Translations under genes and position numbers: made by a program | Part shown: one piece after another, positions 58,013 through 64,000 of the stretch | Numbering within the stretch: position 1 is the stretch's first letter | Layout: each line of letters starts with the position of its first letter | The notes under the pieces: generated by a model | What the model was told of the DNA's origin: nothing | Databases searched by the model: none | What the model saw: the letters and a program-made list of their open reading frames with translations, nothing else | Origin: Thermoplasmata archaeon | GTDB lineage: Archaea > Thermoplasmatota > E2 > JACPAO01 > JAHFTW01 | Length of the DNA: 64,000 nt | Assembly: GCA_034667725.1 (NCBI GenBank) | Contig: JAXDQS010000003.1 | Coordinates: forward strand, 128,001-192,000 | Reading direction: 5' to 3'

Positions 58013-59170
58013 CTAACGTTGGCCGACTGCGGATTTCGCAAGCCGGAGGTTGTCGCGGTGGAGCGCCATGTGCCCCCGTTGGATGCCTTCTCCAGAGAGG
58101 GCCTTCAAAGCCGCGAGGTTCTGGGCCAGCCCCACGCTGGCGCACACGGCGGCAAGGCGGGCGGCGTCGGGGTCGCCGAGGATGCGCAGCGCGACCCGGG
58201 CGGTGGGATGGAGCCGGGTGACGCCGCCGACGGTGCCCAGCGCCAGCGGCAAGGTGAGGCTGCACTCGAGCGCGTCGCGGCCGCGCTTGTACGTCGTGAG
58301 GGGCCGGTACTTGCCGCCTGCCGCCGCGAACGCGTGCGCCCCCGCCTCGACGGCGCGCCAGTCGTTGCCGGTCGCGACGGCCACCGGGTCGATGCCGTTG
58401 AGGATGCCCTTGTTGTGCGTCGCGGCGCGGTAGGGATCCAGTTCCGCGAACCGGTTGGCGGCCACGATGCCGTCCGCGACCTCCTTGCCGCCCAGCACGT
58501 CCAACGGGACGCGGGCGCGGGCGGTGGCGAGCCGCTGGTCCGCCAGGTTCGACAGGATGCACAGGCCGAGCTTCGCCTCCAGCGCCTCGGCAGCGATGGG
58601 GCCGAGGTGCTCGCACAGCGTGTTGACCGTGTTGGCGCCCATGGCGTCGCGCGTGTCCACCCGCAAGTGCAGGACGGCGTGCTTGGCCCCGATGCCGCGG
58701 AAGTCGATGCCGCGCACGCCGCCGCCGCGGGCCACCATGCCTGGGATCAGGCCGTCCAGTTCGGCCATCCAGGCGGCGGCGTGGCGGGCGACCTTGCGAC
58801 GCGCCGCCGCCATGTCGGGCACGCCGCGCAGTTCCACTTGGCCGATGGTGACCGGCGGCATGACGGCCGTGGCGAAGCCGCCGCCCGCCGCCGCGAGCTT
58901 GGCGCCGTGGCTGGCGGCGGCGACGACGCTCGACTCCTCGACCGCCATCGGCACCGCGACCGGGACGCCGTCGACGACGAAGTGGACGGCGAGGCCGAGC
59001 GGGAGCGGGAAGCTGCCGAGCGAGTTCTCGATGAAGCGCTCCGACAGGTCATGTGGCAGCGCCGAGGTGGCCACCAGGTCGCGGAACGCGGCGGCGTCGA
59101 GCCGGGCGTGGGCGCGCACCCGCTCCAGGCGCTCGCGGCGGGGCAGGCGGTGGAAGCCGCTCCAGGACAT
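58013..59170 (-). CDS. Class II HMG-CoA reductase
   Basis: IEN, PMAVEESSVVAAAS, DAMGAN, RAATHNKGILNG, GNDWRA, EGIQRGHM.LH. Confidence 0.94.
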   Translation of the reverse strand: MSWSGFHRLPRRERLERVRAHARLDAAAFRDLVATSALPHDLSERFIENSLGSFPLPLGLAVHFVVDGVPVAVPMAVEESSVVAAASHGAKLAAAGGGFATAVMPPVTIGQVELRGVPDMAAARRKVARHAAAWMAELDGLIPGMVARGGGVRGIDFRGIGAKHAVLHLRVDTRDAMGANTVNTLCEHLGPIAAEALEAKLGLCILSNLADQRLATARARVPLDVLGGKEVADGIVAANRFAELDPYRAATHNKGILNGIDPVAVATGNDWRAVEAGAHAFAAAGGKYRPLTTYKRGRDALECSLTLPLALGTVGGVTRLHPTARVALRILGDPDAARLAAVCASVGLAQNLAALKALSGEGIQRGHMALHRDNLRLAKSAVGQR

Positions 59171-59237
59171 GCGGGCACGACCGGATGCGCCCATTCAGGC
59201 TTGCTGCTTTATCCCGGCCGGGGATGGCCGCGCGTCC

Positions 59238-60902
59238 ATGCCCGTCGTGACCTTCCAGGCCTCCGACCTGTGCCGCCTCATCGGCAAGAAGGTGCCGACG
59301 CAGGAGCTGGCCGAGCGGATGCCGATGATGGGCGGCGACCTCGACAAGGTGGTCGGCGACGCCATCACCATCGAATGGTTCCCCAACCGGCCCGACCTGC
59401 TGGTGCTGGAGGGGACCGGCCGTGCGCTGCGGGCGTTCCTGGACGTCAAGCCCGGCCTGCCCGAGTATCCGGTGGCGCCGCCCAAGACCGAATTGCGCGT
59501 GGACCCGATGGTGCAGGCCGTCCGCCCCTACGCGGCGCTGTGCTTCGTGCGCGGCGTGCCGTTCGACGACGCCTACGTCCAAGCCGTCATCGACGCGCAG
59601 GAGAAGCTCACCTTCAGCCCAGGCCGCAAGCGCCGCAAGGTCGCGATCGGCGTCCACGACGCCTCGGGCCTCAAGGGGCCGTTCAAGTACACGTGCGTGG
59701 GGCCGTCGGAAAAGCCGTTCACGCCCCTGAACGACACCGCGCCGCGCACGCCGGAGCAGATTCTGCGCAACCACCCCAAGGGCCTGGAGTACGGCCACCT
59801 GCTGCCGCAGCCGCGCGCCAGCTCGAAGACGTTCCCGGTGTTCCTCGACGGCGACGGCCAGGTGCTGTCGATGCCGCCCATCATCAACGCCGCCCGCACC
59901 GCCGTGACCGCCAAGACCCGCGACCTGCTGCTGGACGTGACCGGCACCGACCTGCGCTCCGTCAAGCAGACCATCGCGCTCCTGGCCACCTGCTTCGCCG
60001 AGCGCGGCGGCGCCATCGAGGCCGTCAGCGTCCACGACGGCAGCGGCGCCTGGACTTGCCCCGAGCTCAAGCCGTCCGAGCACGTGCTGCACACCGACGA
60101 CGTCGCCGCCCTGCTCGGCCTCCACTGGACCGGCGACCAGGTGGCCGCCTGCCTGCGCCGCATGGGCCACGAGGCGACCGCCTACGACAACAAGGTCCAC
60201 GTCAAGGTCGGCGCCTGGCGCCAGGACATCCTCCACCCTGTGGACCTGCTGGAGGACGTCGGCATCGGCTTCGGCTTCGACCGCTTCCCCGGCGACCTGC
60301 CCACCACCCAGACCTTCGCCGCCCGCCTGCCGCTGCAGGACCTGGAGGACGCCCTCCGCAGCCTCATGGTCGGCCACGGCTGGCACGAGGCCCGCACCCT
60401 TACGCTCTCCGACACCAAGCAGCAGTGGACCCACTGGGGCGACGAGCCGCGCCGCGCCGTCACCGTCCTCAACCCCGTCGTCGAAGACCAGACCCTGCTG
60501 CGCCAGCAACTCGTCCCCAGCCTGCTGCACGTGCTGGCCAACAACCGGCACCGCAGCCTGCCGCAACGCCTGTTCGAGGCCGGCTACACCGTCCACGACG
60601 ACCGCAAGGCCTGGCGCAACCACCTCCACTTCGCCGGCGTCGAACTGTCCGCCAAGGCCGGCTTCAGCGAGGCCAAGGGACTGGTCGAGGCCCTCGTGCG
60701 CGACGCCCGCCTGGACGCGGTGCTGGAGCCGGGCACGCGCCCGGGTTTGATCGAGGGGCGGCAAGGCCGCATCGTGGCGCACGGCATCGAGGTCGGCTGG
60801 TTCGGCGAGCTGCACCCGGACACCCTGGTGGCGTTCGGGCTGGGGGCGCCGGGGTACGCGTTCGAGATGGATTTGGAGCCGTTCCTCGGCGCGAAGCCTT
60901 AG
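59238..60902 (+). CDS. pheT: Phenylalanine--tRNA ligase beta subunit (archaeal type)
   Basis: PNRPDLL, QEKL...GRKRRKVAIGVHD, SMPPIIN, DILHPVDLLED, GELHP. Confidence 0.96.
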   Translation: MPVVTFQASDLCRLIGKKVPTQELAERMPMMGGDLDKVVGDAITIEWFPNRPDLLVLEGTGRALRAFLDVKPGLPEYPVAPPKTELRVDPMVQAVRPYAALCFVRGVPFDDAYVQAVIDAQEKLTFSPGRKRRKVAIGVHDASGLKGPFKYTCVGPSEKPFTPLNDTAPRTPEQILRNHPKGLEYGHLLPQPRASSKTFPVFLDGDGQVLSMPPIINAARTAVTAKTRDLLLDVTGTDLRSVKQTIALLATCFAERGGAIEAVSVHDGSGAWTCPELKPSEHVLHTDDVAALLGLHWTGDQVAACLRRMGHEATAYDNKVHVKVGAWRQDILHPVDLLEDVGIGFGFDRFPGDLPTTQTFAARLPLQDLEDALRSLMVGHGWHEARTLTLSDTKQQWTHWGDEPRRAVTVLNPVVEDQTLLRQQLVPSLLHVLANNRHRSLPQRLFEAGYTVHDDRKAWRNHLHFAGVELSAKAGFSEAKGLVEALVRDARLDAVLEPGTRPGLIEGRQGRIVAHGIEVGWFGELHPDTLVAFGLGAPGYAFEMDLEPFLGAKP

Positions 60903-60905
60903 CCA

Positions 60906-60965
60906 ACCACGGATTTCACGGATGCCACGGGACCAGCGGTCCGTGCGATCCGTGAAATCCGTGGT
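60906..60965. repeat. REP-like palindrome built from CACGGAT 9-mers
   Basis: ACCACGGATTTCACGGAT ... ATCCGTGAAATCCGTGGT, 18-bp perfect outer stem; between convergent pheT and uvrC. Confidence 0.85.
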
Positions 60966-62833
60966 CAGGCAGGCGGCGCAGGAACGGCCTCGTCGGGCCC
61001 GCGCAACGCCGCCTGGATCGCCGCCGCCACCGCCGGCGTGACCCCCCGCACCTTCTGCAGTTCCTCCAGGCTGGCGGCCCGCAACCCCTCCAGCCCGCCG
61101 AACGCCGTTACCAGCTCCGCCCGCCGCTTCGGCCCGATGCCGGGCACGTCGTCCAATGGGCTGGACACCACGCTCTGGGTGGACTTGCGCTGCACCTGCT
61201 GGATGCCGAAGCGGTGCGCCTCGTCGCGGACCCGCTGCAACAGCTGGAGCGCCGGGTCGGAGCGGGCCATCCGGAGCGGCTTGAGCCGGCCGGGGATGTG
61301 CACCAATTCCTCCTCCTTGGCCAGGCTGCACACCGGAAGGTGCAGCAGCGCCAGGCCCCGCAGCGCCTCGCGGGCGGCGTTGAGCTGGCCGGGCCCGCCG
61401 TCCACGAGGACGAGGTCGGGCAGCGGCTCGCCGCGCTCCAGCACGCCGCGGTAGCGCCGGCCGACGGCCTCCCCCATGGAGGCGAAGTCGTCGACCTCGC
61501 GGCCGGCACCCTTGGAGGCGGCGGTGCCGGCGGCGACGGCGGCCTCGCCGACCAGCTTCATGTTGAAGGTGCGGTAGCCGGCCTTGTCGGGCTCGCCGTC
61601 CACGAAGCGCACCATGGCGGCGCGGGTGAAGTCGCCGGCCAGGTGGCTGATGTCGAAGCCCTCGACGACGCGGGGCGGAACGGGCAGGGCGAGCGCGCGC
61701 TGGAGCGCCTCGAGGGCGCCTTGGCCGCGGCGGGAGCGGCGGTGCAGCTCCTCGGTGAGGCGGAGCGCCGCGTTGGTGCGCGCCACCTCGATCCAGCGCC
61801 GCTTGTCGCCCTTCTGGGGGGACTCGACGGTGACGGCCCCGCCCCGCAGCAGGCGCAAGTCGGCCTCCAGCGGGGCGGCGACGGGGTCGGGGGCGTCGAT
61901 GGCGAGGTTGCGCGGCACCGGGATGTCCTGGTAGTAGCCGCGCAGGAACGCCACCAGCGGGTGGTCGTCCTGCTCGTCGGCGGCGGCCCCGGTGACGATG
62001 AACGGGCTCTGGCCGACGACCTTGCCGTCGCGCTGGTGCAGCACCACGACGACGCCGAGGTCGCCGTCCACCGCCATGGCGGCGACGTCGCGGTCCTCCA
62101 ACCGGTCGGCGACCATGTGCTGGCGGTCGAGCACGTTGCGGAGGCCGGAGAGCTGGTCGCGCAGCCGGGCGGCCTCCTCGAAGCGCTGCGCCTCGGCGGC
62201 GGCCTCCATGCGGGCCTGGACGCGGCCGACGAGGTGGCCGGAGCGGCCCTCCAGCAGGTCGCGGACCTCGGCCACGAGCAGGTCGTACTCGTGGTCGGTG
62301 CAGGCGTCGATGCAGGGGGCCACGCACTTGCCGATGTCGTAGTAGAGGCACTTCTCTTTCGGGAGGACGCGGCAGCGCCGGAGCGGCACGAGGTCTTGGA
62401 TGGCCTGGAGCACGTGCCAGGCGCCGGTGCCGTCGGGGAACGGGCCGAAGTAGGTGGCGCCGTCGGCCTCGCGGCGATGGACCTTCAGCAGGCGCGGGTA
62501 GGGTTCGCGGGTGAGCTTGAGGTAGGGATACTGCTTGTCGTCGTTGAGCCGGACGTTGTAGCGCGGCCGGTGCAGCTTGATGAGGGTCTGCTCCAACAGC
62601 AGCGCCTCCTTCTCGGTGCGCACCGCGATGAAGTCGAGGTCGGCCACGTCCTCCATCAGCCGCGCCGTCTTGGGCGTCGTCGGGTCGAGGTAGGAGCTGA
62701 CGCGGCTGCGGAGGTCCACGGCCTTGCCGACGTAGAGGATGGTGCCCGTCGCGTCCTTCCACTGGTAGACGCCGGGGCCGCGGCTGAGGCGCGCGACGCG
62801 CTCCTGCAACGCCGGTGACACGGGCACGCGCAT
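60965..62833 (-). CDS. uvrC: Excinuclease ABC subunit C
   Basis: GVY...YVGKA..LR.RV.SY, PRYN, FEEAARLRD, GFDISH, VDGGPGQL, RDEAHRF, GIGPKRR. Confidence 0.96.
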   Translation of the reverse strand: MRVPVSPALQERVARLSRGPGVYQWKDATGTILYVGKAVDLRSRVSSYLDPTTPKTARLMEDVADLDFIAVRTEKEALLLEQTLIKLHRPRYNVRLNDDKQYPYLKLTREPYPRLLKVHRREADGATYFGPFPDGTGAWHVLQAIQDLVPLRRCRVLPKEKCLYYDIGKCVAPCIDACTDHEYDLLVAEVRDLLEGRSGHLVGRVQARMEAAAEAQRFEEAARLRDQLSGLRNVLDRQHMVADRLEDRDVAAMAVDGDLGVVVVLHQRDGKVVGQSPFIVTGAAADEQDDHPLVAFLRGYYQDIPVPRNLAIDAPDPVAAPLEADLRLLRGGAVTVESPQKGDKRRWIEVARTNAALRLTEELHRRSRRGQGALEALQRALALPVPPRVVEGFDISHLAGDFTRAAMVRFVDGEPDKAGYRTFNMKLVGEAAVAAGTAASKGAGREVDDFASMGEAVGRRYRGVLERGEPLPDLVLVDGGPGQLNAAREALRGLALLHLPVCSLAKEEELVHIPGRLKPLRMARSDPALQLLQRVRDEAHRFGIQQVQRKSTQSVVSSPLDDVPGIGPKRRAELVTAFGGLEGLRAASLEELQKVRGVTPAVAAAIQAALRGPDEAVPAPPA

Positions 62834-62919
62834 GTCCAGGAGGGTTCTCCGGATGAGCGTGGTGGAGGGGGAAAAACCACTGCCGGGTCGCCATCGTCGC
62901 CGGCGCACGCTTTTTTGTT

Positions 62920-63729
62920 TCAGCCGCGCGGGCGCCGCAGGGCCGCCGCCAGCCCGACGGCCAGGAGGCCGGCGGCGAACGCGGGCGCCGGCAGGTCGAG
63001 GACTTGGCGGCCCGACGGCGGCGCGTCGACGCCGAGCCGCACCTGCTCCCCGACCGTGCCGTCCCGCAGCGAGGCCGCCGTCGCCACCAGCCACAAGGTG
63101 GTGGCCGGGCCGCGGACGTAGTGCAGCACCGGATGCGCGGTCTCGCCCGGCTGCAGCGGCACCGGCGTCGGCAGGATCGGGGCGCCGACGACCTCGTCGT
63201 CCTGATCGAGGTCGAGCTCGAAGCGGACCTCGATGGGGGAATCGCCCACGTTCGAGGCCGACAGGACCCAGCGGGTGCCGCCGACGTCCTCCGGCGGGCC
63301 GACGCCCACCGCCAGCCTGCCGTGGAACGCCAGCGCCACGCGGGCCTCGCCCACGGCTTCGACGGCCGGCGCCTGGGCGGTGCGCAGGGTGGCGGTGGCG
63401 CGCAGCGCGTGCTCTTGGTCGCCCATGGCGTCGGGGCTGGTGGTGAACCGGACCGGCACCTCCAGGTCCCAGGCCTCGCTGAGGCATGGGCGCGAGTCGA
63501 GCACGAGCGGGTCGGCGGCCGCCTTCACGGCCCCTTGCTCGAAGACCAGTTGCACGACCGGGTCGATCCAGGCCTCGTTGCCGGCGCAGCCGACCCGCAC
63601 CGGGACCGGCACCGTGGCCTCGTCGCCGACCGACATCTGGACGACGTCCCAGGGCGGCAGCTCGACCCGGGCGGCCTCGGCGGCGGGCAGCAGCAACAGC
63701 AAGGCGAGCGCCCAGGGGGCAAGGGCCAT
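62920..63729 (-). CDS. Secreted protein with C-terminal sorting-signal-like tail
   Basis: Signal peptide; tail LPAPAFAAGLLAVGLAAALRRPRG. Confidence 0.7.
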   Translation of the reverse strand: MALAPWALALLLLLPAAEAARVELPPWDVVQMSVGDEATVPVPVRVGCAGNEAWIDPVVQLVFEQGAVKAAADPLVLDSRPCLSEAWDLEVPVRFTTSPDAMGDQEHALRATATLRTAQAPAVEAVGEARVALAFHGRLAVGVGPPEDVGGTRWVLSASNVGDSPIEVRFELDLDQDDEVVGAPILPTPVPLQPGETAHPVLHYVRGPATTLWLVATAASLRDGTVGEQVRLGVDAPPSGRQVLDLPAPAFAAGLLAVGLAAALRRPRG

Positions 63730-63830
63730 GGCGGCCGCAGCCGGGTCGGCCGGGCTTAGGGATTCCGGCGAACGGCTGCGAACGGGTCGCAAGGCGCCAT
63801 GCTTATCGCGGTCCCGCCGGTTTGCCCGGC

Positions 63831-64000
63831 ATGGCCTTGGCCCTCATGGACTCGCAATACGGCTTCCGCTTCGACACGCCCGGCATCGTCGGGTTCCTGG
63901 TCGTGCTGCTGCTCACGGCGCTGTTCATCTACTTCGCCGCCAAGCTGCTCGGCGAGACGGAAGGCTACGGCACGGCGCTGGTCGTCGCCCTCGTGGGCGG
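63831..64000 (+). CDS. Membrane protein, N-terminal part (runs off window)
   Basis: MALALMDSQYGFRFDTPGIVGFLVVLLLTALFIYFAAKL...; CTTATC box 25 bp upstream. Confidence 0.6.
   Translation, partial: MALALMDSQYGFRFDTPGIVGFLVVLLLTALFIYFAAKLLGETEGYGTALVVALVG

Overview
High-GC archaeal chromosome segment. Archaeal identity rests on rps8e, SRP19, Dph2, FEN1 and RNase HII with PIP boxes, MfnA, a METTL5-like methyltransferase, XPD and archaeal PheT. A DUF6015-like gene and class II HMG-CoA reductase point to Thermoplasmatota, but that assignment is an inference. Most of the window is housekeeping (purS-purL-purQ, argS, pheT, uvrC, a phosphohexomutase, rpe, tRNA-Leu(TAA), tRNA-Asn(GTT)) mixed with lipoproteins, secreted proteins and a ~2,230-aa modular surface protein. 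No transposase, integrase, reverse transcriptase or cas gene is recognisable, yet the non-coding DNA shows several insertion-like structures. (1) Two ~260-bp composite repeat elements in inverted orientation, sharing an 86-bp perfect core, bracket an ABC transporter / HxlR regulator / fatty-acid desaturase cassette. (2) Two ~60-bp palindromes built from a related CACGGATT 9-mer. (3) Two 113-120-bp hairpin-rich inserts, each lying between a gene's 3' end and a duplicate of that end (19 bp of tRNA-Asn; 49 bp of a DsbA-family gene). (4) A 14-bp direct repeat bracketing an ArsR-SRPBCC pair. Together these may reflect undescribed non-autonomous mobile or REP-like systems acting in trans; this is a hypothesis. 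Start codons were refined by eye using a recurrent YTTAT(C) box ~25 bp upstream. Family assignments come from motif recognition, not database searches.
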